Part shown: positions 35,124 to 46,336 of the stretch, piece after piece
Layout: each line of letters opens with the position of its first letter
Numbering within the stretch: position 1 is the stretch's first letter
Assembly: GCA_963771175.1 (NCBI GenBank)
Contig: CAVYSY010000038.1
Location: 256,001 to 320,000 of the forward strand
Origin: an uncultured delta proteobacterium
GTDB taxonomy: Bacteria > Myxococcota > Myxococcia > Myxococcales > Myxococcaceae
Reading direction: 5' to 3'
Length of the DNA: 64,000 nt
Made by a program: the position numbers and the translations under genes
The notes under the pieces: generated by a model
What the model was told of the DNA's origin: nothing
What the model saw: only the letters and a program-made list of their open reading frames with translations
Databases searched by the model: none

Positions 35124-35561
35124 TCATCGGTCTGGTGGTGGAGTCCCGGTGCACCTACCGAGCCCCGCGAGCCTGTCCCGCACGCCACGCAGAAGCGTCT
35201 CCACTTCGGGGTCCGAAGTCGACCGCCTGCGCTGGGCCTCCTGAAGCAGCGCGAGCGCGTGGCCAAGTCGGTGGGTCACCCCCAGCGCATCCCCGCGCTG
35301 CTCGAGGAGGTCCGCCTCCGCGCTCACCAGCTTCGCCAGCGCTTTGATCTTCTCCGGCTGCCCGAGCAACTCCGCCACCGAGCCCGCGTCGATGGTGATG
35401 AGCATCCGGTACTCCATGCCGAACAGCGACAGGCTCGTCTGATGGACGAGGTCGAGCGCCTCCTCGGTCTTCTGGGCCTTGCCCGCCTTCAGGATGGCGG
35501 CGAGAGCGGCGACCAACTGCTCGATCATCCGCCCGATGTAGTCCTCGCGGATTCCAGCCAT
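35124..35561 (-). CDS. Hypothetical helical protein (DUF6483-like)
   Basis: REDYIGRMIEQL N-terminus; AGGAG RBS. Confidence 0.65.
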   Translation of the reverse strand: MAGIREDYIGRMIEQLVAALAAILKAGKAQKTEEALDLVHQTSLSLFGMEYRMLITIDAGSVAELLGQPEKIKALAKLVSAEADLLEQRGDALGVTHRLGHALALLQEAQRRRSTSDPEVETLLRGVRDRLAGLGRCTGTPPPDR

Positions 35562-35609
35562 GGGGCACTGCTCCTCTCAGGTCGACCCACCCGACCGGAA
35601 AGTATGGCT

Positions 35610-36090
35610 TCAGCCCCGGGGCCGCGTCCACTCCATCGCCGTGGGGTTGGGCGCGAAGCCCATCGCCTCGTACAGCGGGCGGCCATCCGCGGTGGCATGC
35701 AGCAGTACGCGCCCCACGCCCAGCTCGCGCGCGAAGCGCATCAACTCCGTGAACAGCGCCCGAGCAATGCCCCGACCCCGCCACCCGGGCTCCGTGTACA
35801 TGTTGAGGATGTACGCCTCCAGGCTCGCCAGCGTGTCTGGCATCGGCGGCCTCTCGAAGGGCAGCAGGCCACTGCAGGCCACCACCCGCCCCTCGGCCAC
35901 GGCCACCCAGGCGTGGAAGCGTCCCGAGGGAAGCGCCTGCGCGAAGTAGCGCCGCGTGGCCTCCACCAGCGCCTCCTCGTCCTTCAGCGCCTCCACCCCG
36001 CGCGTGGTGCGCAGCAGCGCCAGCCGGAGGCGGATCGAGCTCGTCCACGTCCTCCATGCCAGCCTTGCGGATGCTCCATCCTGCTTGCAT
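35610..36090 (-). CDS. GNAT N-acetyltransferase (frameshift near 36040)
   Basis: YILNMYTEPGWRGRGIA, LHATADGRPLYEAMGF. Confidence 0.85.
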
Positions 36091-36188
36091 GCGACTCGTG
36101 CCTCCTGGCCACGCGGGCCCTCGGTGTCACGCGCCGCACGCGGGCCCCCGCGCCCTCTCGGGGGCGAGGGCCTCACGGCCACGGCGCG

Positions 36189-36776
36189 CTAGCTCTTGTA
36201 CTTCACCGAGCAGCCGTACGGCTCGGTGGTCGCGGCCGGCACCGGCTTGCCGGAGAGGAGCGCGTCCACCGCCGTCTTCACGTGGTTGGTGATGCCCTCC
36301 TTCTTGTTGCCGCGCGGGTCGTCGTCGATGGCGCCCGCGTAGCGCACCACGCCCTGCTCATCGATGACGTACATGTGCGGCGTCGTCTTGGCGCCGTAGG
36401 ACTTGCCCACCGTGCCGCTCGCGTCCTGGAGCACCGGGTAGGCGAAGCCCTTCTCCTTCTTCCAGGCCGCGGACTTCTCCGGCGCGTTGCTCGAGGTGGA
36501 GTCCACCGCCAGCCACACCACCTTCTTGGCATCGAAGCCCGACAGCGTCTTCTGCATGGTGCCCGCCGTGTAGTGGCGCTGCACGAAGGGGCAGCCGGGG
36601 TTGGTCCACTCCAGCACCACCACCTTGCCCTTGTACTGCGACAGCGAGTGCTCCTTGCCGGCCTCGTCCTTCAGGGTGAAGGCCGGAGCGGGCTTGCCCA
36701 CCTGGGCGGTCTCGGCGGCGAGGGCCACCACGGGCAGCATCACGGCGAGCGCGACAGCGGTGAAGAGAGACTTCAT
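36189..36776 (-). CDS. Secreted thioredoxin-fold redoxin (AhpC/TSA family)
   Basis: Signal peptide; LEWTNPGCPFV, YGAKTTPH, YAGAIDD, PYGCSVKY. Confidence 0.9.
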   Translation of the reverse strand: MKSLFTAVALAVMLPVVALAAETAQVGKPAPAFTLKDEAGKEHSLSQYKGKVVVLEWTNPGCPFVQRHYTAGTMQKTLSGFDAKKVVWLAVDSTSSNAPEKSAAWKKEKGFAYPVLQDASGTVGKSYGAKTTPHMYVIDEQGVVRYAGAIDDDPRGNKKEGITNHVKTAVDALLSGKPVPAATTEPYGCSVKYKS

Positions 36777-36847
36777 TCGGTCAGCTCCTTGTCGAGGGTA
36801 CTGCGGAAAACCCTGTCTCCGCGACCGCTCGGATGCGCGAGAAGCCG

Positions 36848-39120
36848 CTACGTCGCGTCGGCGACCCGCGTGGACGCGCGGCGCACGGCCTCGACGACGG
36901 AGTCGGTGGTGAGCAGCTCGGGCAGCACCTCGGGCTTGTCGGGCGCCGCGGGGCTCAGCACCAGGTACATGGGCACGCCCGGCGCGGCCGAACTCGGCCA
37001 GCTTCGCGCTGATGCGCGCGTCGCGCCGCGTCCAGTCCGCCACGAAGAAGGCCACCTTGTGCTCCGCGAAGGCGGCCCGCACCTCCTCGCGCGTCAGCAC
37101 GGTGCGCTCGTTGAACTTGCAGGTGAGGCACCAGTCCGCCGTGAAGTCGATGAAGACGGGCTGCCCCGCCGCCAGTGCCGCCGCCACCGCCGCCTCGTCC
37201 CACGGCTGCGCCTCGGCCACCATCGAGGCCTTGCGCACGGCCGGCCCCGTCTCGTCGAAGCGCAGGGTGACGAGGCCTCCCACGGCCAGCACCGCCACCA
37301 CCGCCGCGACACCCGCCGCCTTGCGCCCGCCCGTCGGCGCCCTGCGCCAGCCCGTACATCCACGCGCCCAGGCCCACCACCGACGAGGAAGGCGAGCAGC
37401 CGCGCCATGCCGTCCACGCCGGTGAGGCCGCCCATCACCCACACCAGCCACACCGTGGTGCCCAGCAGCGCGAAGCCCAGGAGCTGCTTGCCGCGCTCCA
37501 TCCACGCGCCCGGCTTGGGCAGGAACTTCGACAGGCCGGGCACCAGCACCAGCAGGCAGAAGGGCAGCGCGAGGCCCAGTCCCAGCATGAGGAAGGTGGC
37601 CAGCACCGTGGCCGGGCCCGCCGCGAGCGCGAAGCCCACCGCGGTGCCCAGCAGCGGCGCCGAGCAGGGCGTGGCCAGCACCACCGCCAGCACGCCCTCG
37701 CCCGCGCTGCGCGCCAGGCCGTGGCTCGAGTCCACCTTCTCCACCAGCGCGGTGCCGTCCGTGCCCACGTGGAAGACGCCGAAGAGGTTGAGCGCGAAGG
37801 CCACCAGCACCGCGCTCACCGCCGCGACGAAGAGCGGCTCCTGGAACTGGAAGCCCCAGCCCACGGTGCTGCCCGCCGGCGCGCAGCGCCAGCACCACGA
37901 ACGCCAGCACCATCAGCGAGCCCACGATGCCGCCCGCGTACGCCAGCGCGTGCAGCGCCCACCTTGCCGCGCTCGGCATGGACGGTGCGGGTGAAGCCGT
38001 ACGCCTTGAGGGCCAGCACCGGGAAGACGCACGGCATGAGGTTGAGCAGCGCGCCGCCCAGGAAGGCGAAGAGCAGCACCAGCCCCAGCGACAGCGACGA
38101 CTCGGGCGCCACGGCGGTGCCCACGCTCGGGGACGGCGCCTTCACGGCGGGCGCGGCGGCCACCACGGCGGCCCCCGGCGTCCCGGCGGCGGGCGCGGCG
38201 GCCACCACGGGCGCGAGCGGCAGGTCCAGCGTCAGCGAGCGGTAGCCCGAGGCGGCCGTGCCCAGGCGCAGCACGCCCGCGAACCGGGGCTCCTTCGCGG
38301 GCACGCTCGGGGACGCCTCGCCCTCCAGCGTGAAGGTGCCGGGCTTGCCCGCCACGGGCGACAGCGCCATGCGCGCGATGCCTGGATGCGCTCGGGGACG
38401 AAGAAGTCCTTCTCCACCGTGTGCGCCGCCTGGCCCGTCACGGTGAGGGTGCCGGTGAAGGGCTTGCCCGCGGTGAGCGGCTTCGCATCGAGCGCGAGCG
38501 TCACCGCGTGACCGGCACTCTCGGGCGTCACCGGCACGCGCGCGCGGGACGCGTCGAAGGCGGGGGCGTACTCGGCGTCCGGATGCGTCTCCGAGCCCAC
38601 CGTCAGGTTGCGGGTGAGCATGAGCTGCGCGGGCAGGCAGTGGACCTCGCACACCAGCACGTCCGCCGCCGCCGAGAGCTGCAGCGAGCCCGTGGCCTTC
38701 TCGGACGCGCGGGCCTCGGTGAAGAGGAGCACCTCCTCCGCGTAGCCATAGGTGGTGATGAAGCCGTCGGGGGTCCGGAAGGTCGAGGGCGCGGGCCACT
38801 GCAGCTCGCCCACGGTGGTGCCCGGCGTGTCCCAGGTCACCTCGGAGGCCAGGCCCGACTCGCCTGGGTTCTTCCAGTAGATGTGCCAACCCGGGTCCAT
38901 CCGGAAGCGCACGCCCACGCGGAAGGTGTCTCCCGGCTTCACCTGGGCGACGTCCAGCAGGAGGGAGGCCTCCACCGCGGTCGTTGCCCTGGTCCGGCGC
39001 GCCACTGGCCACCGCCGTGGCCGGCACTTCCGCCCGGGCCACGCCCGAGCCCACGAAGAGCCCCAGCACCGTGAAGAGAAGTGCCCCCCACCCCAGACGT
39101 CGTACCCGCTGTTGCTTCAT
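36848..39120 (-). CDS. Protein-disulfide reductase DsbD family (several frameshifts)
   Basis: GWHIYWKNPGESG, LNLMPCVFPVL, LATPCSAP, FTADWCLTCK. Confidence 0.88.
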
Positions 39121-39181
39121 GCGCCTCCCGTAACCCACCGGCCCGCCGACCGCCAGCCTCCACCCCGTGGATTGGCGCCCA

Positions 39182-40584
39182 TCAACCCTCCAGACGGCCA
39201 GGCATTCCCGGTCGAGGACTCCAGTGGTGCGGGTGGTACGCAGCTGGCCGCGTCGGGTTACGGGCAGGCGGAGAATGTCCGGGAGATACCGGTGGAGACG
39301 AGCAGCACGCCGTCGCCTGCCTGCCGAGCGTGCAGGGGCGCCAGTTCCCCGCCTTGCGCGCTGCGGGCAGCGCGGGCTGGATGATGCTCAGTCCGGTGCG
39401 CGCGTCGGCGGCCCGGGCCCGGCGCACCATCAGCGCCGACAGGTCTGCCGCGCGGCGCTCCACCGCCTGCCGCAGGTCCACCAGCCGCTCCACGTGCCGC
39501 TTCGCCGGCACCGACTCCACCGCCAGCCGCACCAGCTCGCGCAGCGCTTCCTCGGCCTCGCCCAGCGACTGCTCGGCCGCCACCGGGTTGCGCCGCGACC
39601 AGCGCCTTCCACGCCGAGGACTCGGCCGCCACCAGGTCCAGCTCCACGCCCACCGCGCGAATGAGGCGGCCCTCGGGGCTGTCCGGCAGCACGCGCTGCA
39701 CCGGCACCGACACCCGGCGCGTATCCCCGTTCTCCGTCCACGTCGTCGTCACCCCGAGCGACCAGTCGGCCAGCTCCAGGCGCCCGGTGAAGAGCGCTCG
39801 GCGCGGGAAGGCGTACGAGAGCGAGCCCAGCCCCGCGCTCAACGAGTCCCCCTCCACGCGCGCCGGGTAGCGGTGACGGCAGCAGCAGCTCGGAGAAGCC
39901 CATGGGGCGCACGTACAGCCGCGCGTCCGTGCCCACCTCGCCGAAGAGCTCGGACACCAGCGCCGCCGCGGCCACCGGCAGGCCCTCGGCGTCGTCCACG
40001 TGGGTGAAGCCCGTGCCCGAGGGGCCCGTCAGGGCCTCGAGAATCTCCGGCAGGTAGTGCCGCCCCAGCCCCAGCGCGTGCAGCGTCATCCCGGACTCGG
40101 CCACCTTGGCGCCCAGCGCACGGAAGTCCGAGAGCTGGCGCGGGCCCACCGAGGGCTCGCCGTCCGTGAGCACCAGCATCTTCGGGCGCGCGCCGGGGAT
40201 GAACAGCCGGCGCACCGCGGCGGCACCGGACTCCACCGCCTCGTGGAGCGCCGTGCCCTCGCCCACCCGCAGCGCGGAGAGACACTCGGTGAGGGCCTTG
40301 CGCGCACCAGGCTCCATGGCCCGCAGGGGCATGAGCTGCTCGGGGACGCCATCGAAGGCGAGCAGCCCGAGGTAGTCCTTCGGCCCCGCGCGCTCGACGA
40401 GCAACTGCGCGGCTTCCACCGCGGCCGCGAGCGGCGCGCCCCGCATCGAGGCGCTCCGGTCCAGCACGAGGTTCACTGCCACCGGTGCTCGGGGTGCGTC
40501 CTCCTCGGCCTCCACGGTGACGAGCAGGTGCACATCCCGACCGTGCTCGTCGTCGCGCTCCACCGCCCAGGCCATCAGCTTCAT
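39182..40584 (-). CDS. von Willebrand factor A domain protein (frameshifts; 3' end uncertain)
   Basis: LVLDRSASM MIDAS motif, GT.L, VLTDG. Confidence 0.8.
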
Positions 40585-40715
40585 TGCTCTTCCTCCGTGG
40601 GGGGGAAACGCGCGTGCGCCCCGAGCCTACCGGGTTCCCATCCTCCAGTATCGCCGTCCTGACCCGGGCGCTTGCAACTGCAACCTCCGGAACGCTCCCC
40701 GGGTACGAAGGGACC

Positions 40716-42185
40716 TCACTCCCCGCTCGGGGTCGCGTCGAGCTCCCGCCGCAGCGCCTCGTGGGAAGCGGGGCGCGAGAACACCGAGCGCCCGTCCTCT
40801 GTTTTCAGCAGGGCCACCTCGTCGAGCGCGAGCTCGCGCAGGAGGAGCGGCGACTGCGTGGCCACGAGCACCTGGCTCTCCGTGGACGCACGCCGGAGCA
40901 GCCGAGCGAGCACCGACAGCATGCGCGGGTGGAGCCCCACCTCGGGCCCGTCGAGCCCCAGCAGCGGCGCCTTGCGCGGAGACAGGCACAGCGACGCGAG
41001 ACACAGGAAGCGGAGCGTCCCCTCGGAGAGGTCCGCCAGCGTCAGCTCGTGCGCCACCCCGGCCTCGCGCCACACGCCGAGCACCGTGCCCGGCCCGCCC
41101 CGGGGTTTGACCGAGAGGGACTGGAAGGAAGGGAGGGCCTCGCGCAGGTGCGCCTCCAGCTCGCGCCACCGCTCCGGGTGCTCCACCATCAGGTGGAAGA
41201 GCACCGCGCTCAGATTGGAGCCCTCCGACGCCAGCAGCGGCTCCGGCTCGGTGAGGACGGGACGGCGCGACGCCGAGCCCCGAGCCACCTCGAACCCCGG
41301 GTAGAAGCGCCAGCCGGAGACGAACGTCCGAAAATCATCGACGACGCGAGGCACCGGCTCGAATGCCCCCCGGAGCGCGAGCTCATTCTCCGGCAGGGTG
41401 CGGGACACCGAGAGCTGGCGGGGCCGCGGTGGCTCCCACGTCACGGTGCGAACCGTCCCCCTCCCGTGCTGGAAGTCGAGCACCGTGAAGGGCTCCGCGT
41501 CCTCGCCGCTCGCGCCCGTCCCCTCACAGACGAACCGCTCCGAGAGGACTCGCGGGCCCTCGGCGGAGGCGCCGAGGCTCACGGCGTAGTGGACGCTCCG
41601 GCCGGTGCCGCTCGTGGCACGCAGGGACAGCTGGATGCGCTCGGGGCCACCCGCTCGGAACAGCCGCTGGCCGGCGCCGCGAGGGTCCACCTCGGGAGGG
41701 AGCGGGTGCACCGCCGCGAAGGACAGCAGGGCCAGACAGTCGAGAAGCGAGGACTTGCCCGAGCCCGGGGCTCCGGAGAGGACGGTCAGGGCCCCCAGCC
41801 GCGCCTCCAATCCCTCGAGCACCCGGTACCCATCCACCCGCAGCTCCGTGAGGCGGACGGGTGCCTCCAGGGGACCCAGCGCACCGAGCCGCGCGCGGAC
41901 GGACGCGAAGCGCTCCGTCTCCAGCACCGAGGGCGCGAGCTGGATGGCCCCGACCAGGCCCGCGTCATCTCCGAAGAGGACTTCCGCGAGCCCCAACTTC
42001 GAGGCGAACACCTCCAGCGTCCGAGCCACCTCCGCCGCCGGCAGGCCCGACAGCTCGCCCAGCTCCTCGGCGGACCAGGTCTTGCCGCGGTTGCGCTGCC
42101 AGGCCTCCTTCAACGCGGGCAGCAGCCGGTCGAAGCCGGCGAGCGACTCCTCGGGGCCGAAACCCAGGGGGCCGGCGTCGCACAT
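40716..42185 (-). CDS. AAA_21/ABC-type ATPase with N-terminal extension
   Basis: GAPGSGKS, LSEGTLR signature, LDGPEVGLHP, VATQSP. Confidence 0.8.
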   Translation of the reverse strand: MCDAGPLGFGPEESLAGFDRLLPALKEAWQRNRGKTWSAEELGELSGLPAAEVARTLEVFASKLGLAEVLFGDDAGLVGAIQLAPSVLETERFASVRARLGALGPLEAPVRLTELRVDGYRVLEGLEARLGALTVLSGAPGSGKSSLLDCLALLSFAAVHPLPPEVDPRGAGQRLFRAGGPERIQLSLRATSGTGRSVHYAVSLGASAEGPRVLSERFVCEGTGASGEDAEPFTVLDFQHGRGTVRTVTWEPPRPRQLSVSRTLPENELALRGAFEPVPRVVDDFRTFVSGWRFYPGFEVARGSASRRPVLTEPEPLLASEGSNLSAVLFHLMVEHPERWRELEAHLREALPSFQSLSVKPRGGPGTVLGVWREAGVAHELTLADLSEGTLRFLCLASLCLSPRKAPLLGLDGPEVGLHPRMLSVLARLLRRASTESQVLVATQSPLLLRELALDEVALLKTEDGRSVFSRPASHEALRRELDATPSGE

Positions 42186-42308
42186 GTCCGTGACGGATGT
42201 TGGGATTCCCACGCGAGGCGGGAGGATACACGGAGCCGCGATTTCCATCCCCGGAGCGGGTGCCAGCACCGACTCGACAGGGAGACGCGCTCCTCCGCGT
42301 CACTTCGG

Positions 42309-42335
42309 CCCCCGCGTCATACCGAGACGCGGGGG
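42309..42335 (-). terminator. GC hairpin after the small acidic ORF
   Basis: cccccgcgtc-N7-gacgcggggg perfect 10-bp stem; no clear U-tract. Confidence 0.55.
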
Positions 42336-42344
42336 AGCAGCGCA

Positions 42345-42506
42345 CTACTCGGCGTCGTAACCGCCGTAGGCTTCGTTGGCGCCCCACAGACGACCGCCCG
42401 CGGTGTCATGCACCGTGATGATGGCGCCCGGCTCCTCGTCCTCACCACCCAGGGCGACGTACTCGAGCCCTTCGTCGTCCATGTACGTCCTGTCGTCGTG
42501 CACCAT
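42345..42506 (-). CDS. 53-aa acidic small protein (absent from ORF track)
   Basis: AGGAGGAG RBS; MVHDDRTYMDDEGLEYVALGGEDEEPGAIITVHDTAGGRLWGANEAYGGYDAE; GC3-biased codons; downstream hairpin. Confidence 0.7.
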   Translation of the reverse strand: MVHDDRTYMDDEGLEYVALGGEDEEPGAIITVHDTAGGRLWGANEAYGGYDAE

Positions 42507-43094
42507 GGCTCCTCCTGGCTGGGCGCTCCGTGTGCTGCCTTGGGTCGCCGGCCGACTGGCTCGCCGCCCACTTGGACGCCCGTGTTTCGGTCACCTGGGA
42601 CCCACCCCATGTGGTGCCCCCAACTTCGTTGACCGATTTACCAACCAGGGTGACCATTCTTGCCCGTCTTGTAAACCCCCTGGGCAGCAAAGCAGCCGAC
42701 TACGTCGGATAGTGTACGCCCGCTTGATTTTACACATCCTCTTGTGGCAGCCCGCCCGACCCGCGCGTCCGACGGGCCGGGCGAGGGGGCTTTTTCAGCT
42801 CCGCCGGGCCCGAGGCCGCCAGGAGGCCAGCCAGGAGAGCAGCGCCAGTGCGCCCCAGAGACCCGCCGGGAAGTCGCTGCCCGAGCCCTGGCTGTGGAAG
42901 GAAGGTTGTGCTGTCAACGTGCCCCCGCCCGAGGTACGAGCGGGCCGTGCGTCAGGTAAAAACCCGCTCGACTCCAACCTGTCCGGGCACTTGATTCGTG
43001 AATCAACCTTGTTAGGGTTGCAGCATTACAGCAGTGCCGCAGCGCGGCATCCGGCCCCGGCCGCGCGGGCCAACGCGAGGTTCACCGAACCACC

Positions 43095-45290
43095 ATGAGT
43101 CCCATCATCACAGGCCTCCTGCTCGTCATCGGGCTCTCCATCTTCGCCATCACCATGAGCGGACGCATCGGCGTCCTGCTGGGGATGAAGAAGGAGAACC
43201 GACTCGACCACATCCCCCAGCGAGTCGGCGCGCTCCTGCGCTTCGGCCTGGGGCAGAAGCGCATGGTGGACCCGGAGGAGTTCACTCCGGGCCTCATGCA
43301 CGTGTTCATCTTCGCGGCGTTCGTGGTGCTGGCGCTGCGCACCATCATGCTGTTCGTGATGGGCTTCTCCGAGACGGCCCTGGTGCTGCTCACGGACCTG
43401 ACGGACCCCTTCTGGGTGGCCAACCCGGCGCTGCTGACCGTCTACAAGGTGTACCTGCTGGCCAAGGACGTGGTGGCGGTGGGCGCGCTGCTGGGCGTGC
43501 TCTACTTCGCGTACCTGCGCGCCAGCGTGAAGCCGGACCGCATGAGCCCCTCGTGGGAGGCCTACCTCATCCTCGGCTTCATCGGCGGGCTGATGGTGAC
43601 GGAGTTCATGTTCGGCGGCAGCCACATGGTGCCGCGCGAGCAGGCGATGCCGGCGGCCACGGTCAACCTCGTGTGGTGGGAGCCGGCCACCAGCGCGATG
43701 GCCATGGCGATGGCGCCGCTGGGCTGGACCCCGGCCCACGTGCTGGGCGTGGCGGGCTTCTGGATCCACCTCACCATCATCCTGGCGTTCCTCAACTTCC
43801 TGCCGCGGGGCAAGCACTTCCACGTCATCACGGGCCTGTTCAACGTCTTCTTCCAGCGCATCCAGCCGGGCCGCACCACGCAGAGCTCGAAGCTGCCCAC
43901 GCCCAACCTGGAGAAGGAGGAGTTCGGCGCCACGACGGTCAAGGACCTCACCTGGAAGCAGGGCCTGGACCTCTACTCCTGCACCGAGTGCGGCCGCTGC
44001 CAGACGCACTGCCCCACGTACATCACCGGCAAGCCGCTCACCCACAAGGGCGTGAACCAGGACCTGAAGCACTGGGCCTGGGACCACCAGATGTGGATTG
44101 AAGAGGGCCGGGGCCCGTCGGGCACCACCGAGCCGCTGCCGGAGATCATCGGCAGCGCGCTGAAGGCGGAGACGGTGTGGGCCTGCACGACCTGCGGCTG
44201 GTGCGAGACGGCCTGCCCGGTGTTCATCGAGAACGTGCCGCGCCTCATCGACATGCGCCGCTACCAGGTGCAGGTGAAGGCGGAGTTCCCGCCGGAAATC
44301 CAGCGCGTCTTCGAGGGCATGGAGCGCCAGGGCAACCCCTGGGGCATCGGCCAGGACAAGCGCGACGAGTGGGCGGAGGACCTGGCGCTGCCCACCTGGG
44401 GTGATGGCGGCGGCCCGTACGAGTACCTCTTCTTCGTGGGCTGCGCGGGCAGCTACGACGACAAGCAGAAGAAGGTGAGCCGCGCGCTGGTGAAGATTCT
44501 GCGCGAGGCCGGGGTGAGCTTCGCCACGCTCTCCAAGCAGGAGATGTGCAACGGCGACTCGGCGCGCCGCATGGGCAACGAGTACCTGTACCAGACGATG
44601 GCCAAGACGAACGTCGAGACGTGGAACAGCATGGGCGTGAAGGCGGTCATCACCCAGTGCCCGCACTGCTTCAACACCATCAAGAACGAGTACCCGGAGT
44701 TCGGCGGCGAGTACCGCGTCATCAACCACACGCAGCTCATCAACGACCTGCTGAAGGAGAAGCGGATTCAGCTCTCCCAGGTGATGAACGAGAAGCTGAC
44801 GTACCACGACCCCTGCTACCTGGGCCGGCACAACGGGGTGTACGACGCGCCCCGCGAGGTGCTGAAGGCGATTCCGGGCCTCGAGGTGGTGGAGATGCAG
44901 CGCAGCGAGCGCGAGGGCTTCTGCTGCGGCGCGGGTGGCGGCCGGATGTGGATGGAGGAGCACATCGGCACGCGCATCAACCACAACCGGGTCAACGAGG
45001 CGGCGCTGACGCTCAAGCACGCCGAGGACCCGAGCACGCCGTTCCCGTCCGCCACGGACAAGAAGAAGCCGGGCCAGGTGGGCGACTACAAGGAGCCGGG
45101 AGGCAAGGGCATAGTGGCGGTGGCCTGCCCGTTCTGCTCGACGATGCTGAACGACGCGGTGAACGACACGGGCCGCGAGGAGCGCATCAAGGTGAAGGAC
45201 ATCACCGAGCTGGTGGCGGACGCCATGGAAGTGAAGCAGGGCGCCGGCACGGTGGCCCCGAGCGCCGCGGTGAACGCCAAGCCCGAGTAG
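43095..45290 (+). CDS. Membrane Fe-S oxidoreductase, heterodisulfide reductase/FadF-like
   Basis: TM N-terminus; CTECGRC..CP and CTTCGWC..CP; CCG domains (YHDPCYLGR, CCGAGGG, ACPFC). Confidence 0.92.
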   Translation: MSPIITGLLLVIGLSIFAITMSGRIGVLLGMKKENRLDHIPQRVGALLRFGLGQKRMVDPEEFTPGLMHVFIFAAFVVLALRTIMLFVMGFSETALVLLTDLTDPFWVANPALLTVYKVYLLAKDVVAVGALLGVLYFAYLRASVKPDRMSPSWEAYLILGFIGGLMVTEFMFGGSHMVPREQAMPAATVNLVWWEPATSAMAMAMAPLGWTPAHVLGVAGFWIHLTIILAFLNFLPRGKHFHVITGLFNVFFQRIQPGRTTQSSKLPTPNLEKEEFGATTVKDLTWKQGLDLYSCTECGRCQTHCPTYITGKPLTHKGVNQDLKHWAWDHQMWIEEGRGPSGTTEPLPEIIGSALKAETVWACTTCGWCETACPVFIENVPRLIDMRRYQVQVKAEFPPEIQRVFEGMERQGNPWGIGQDKRDEWAEDLALPTWGDGGGPYEYLFFVGCAGSYDDKQKKVSRALVKILREAGVSFATLSKQEMCNGDSARRMGNEYLYQTMAKTNVETWNSMGVKAVITQCPHCFNTIKNEYPEFGGEYRVINHTQLINDLLKEKRIQLSQVMNEKLTYHDPCYLGRHNGVYDAPREVLKAIPGLEVVEMQRSEREGFCCGAGGGRMWMEEHIGTRINHNRVNEAALTLKHAEDPSTPFPSATDKKKPGQVGDYKEPGGKGIVAVACPFCSTMLNDAVNDTGREERIKVKDITELVADAMEVKQGAGTVAPSAAVNAKPE

Positions 45291-45313
45291 TCCCCCTCAC
45301 CTGAGTTGTCCCC

Positions 45314-45352
45314 GGAGGCCCGGTGACCCGATATGTGGGTCCCCGGGCCTTC
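45314..45352. terminator. Hairpin between convergent genes
   Basis: ggaggcccgg...ccgggccttc stem. Confidence 0.5.
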
Positions 45353-45367
45353 GTTCATCCGGTCGGA

Positions 45368-46336
45368 CTACACGCCGCCGCCGTAGGAGGGCTCCATGGC
45401 CTTCGGCACGAGGAGGCTGACACTGCCCGAGCCACGCACCGACGCGGCGCTGATGCGGTAGACGTTGTCCACGCCGCCGTCATCGGAGAGGAAGCTCAGC
45501 TCCGTGTTGCCGCGCCAGTTCGGATAGGTGTCCTGCGCCCCGGCCTTGCCCGTCACCTGCGTCACGTTGGAGAGTTGCTGGCCAATCTGCCCCACGAAGA
45601 TGCGCGAGCCGCTGGAGGTGCGGGCATCGAAGGCCACCTTCGAGCCGTCCGGCGACACCGTGACACGCGACAGCACCTCTTGCGCCTCGTTGCCCAGGGA
45701 GGTGGAGATGGGAGTCGCGGTGCCGCTCGTCACGTTCACCTGGATGAGGGAGCTGATGTTGGTGGTGGAGAAGCCGCCCGCCGCGAGCACGCTCGTGCCA
45801 TTCGGCAGGAAGGAGGCCGGACCGTAGACGTAGGTGGCGTCGGTGAGGAACTGGAAGCCGCTGGCATCCGCGTTCACCCGGGCCAGCCGCCCGGCGCCAT
45901 CGCCGCCGTAGACGGTGAAGACGATCGTCCTGCCATCCGGGCTGAAGGTGGGGTAGCGGAAGTCGCTGCAGTTGGTGCAGCCGGTGCTCGTGTTGGCCAC
46001 CAGCGTGGAGGGCGTCCCCTGGCCGGTGGTGGGGACCGTCCGCAGCTCGACGGTGGTGCCCGACCTGAACACGAAGGCCACCAGGCCGTTGCGCGACACG
46101 GCGGGGTAGTACGCCCCACCCTGCGTGGTGAGCTGCAGCGGGGAGTTCGGATCCCCGTTGTCGTCCACCGCGAACACGTTGCGGTTGCTGTTGCCGTCAC
46201 CGCGGATGAAGACGAAGCCACGGCTGAAGGCCGTACCACCCGTGCCGCCGCCGCCGAGGTCGATGTCATCGATGGGCTCGCATGCCGACAGTCCCACCGC
46301 CACGGCCAGCCCCAGAATCCTCCACAACGCCTTCAT
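45368..46336 (-). CDS. TolB-like (PD40 repeat) lipoprotein
   Basis: Lipobox LSAC; PTFSPDGRTIVF, VSPDGSKVAF. Confidence 0.85.
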   Translation of the reverse strand: MKALWRILGLAVAVGLSACEPIDDIDLGGGGTGGTAFSRGFVFIRGDGNSNRNVFAVDDNGDPNSPLQLTTQGGAYYPAVSRNGLVAFVFRSGTTVELRTVPTTGQGTPSTLVANTSTGCTNCSDFRYPTFSPDGRTIVFTVYGGDGAGRLARVNADASGFQFLTDATYVYGPASFLPNGTSVLAAGGFSTTNISSLIQVNVTSGTATPISTSLGNEAQEVLSRVTVSPDGSKVAFDARTSSGSRIFVGQIGQQLSNVTQVTGKAGAQDTYPNWRGNTELSFLSDDGGVDNVYRISAASVRGSGSVSLLVPKAMEPSYGGGV

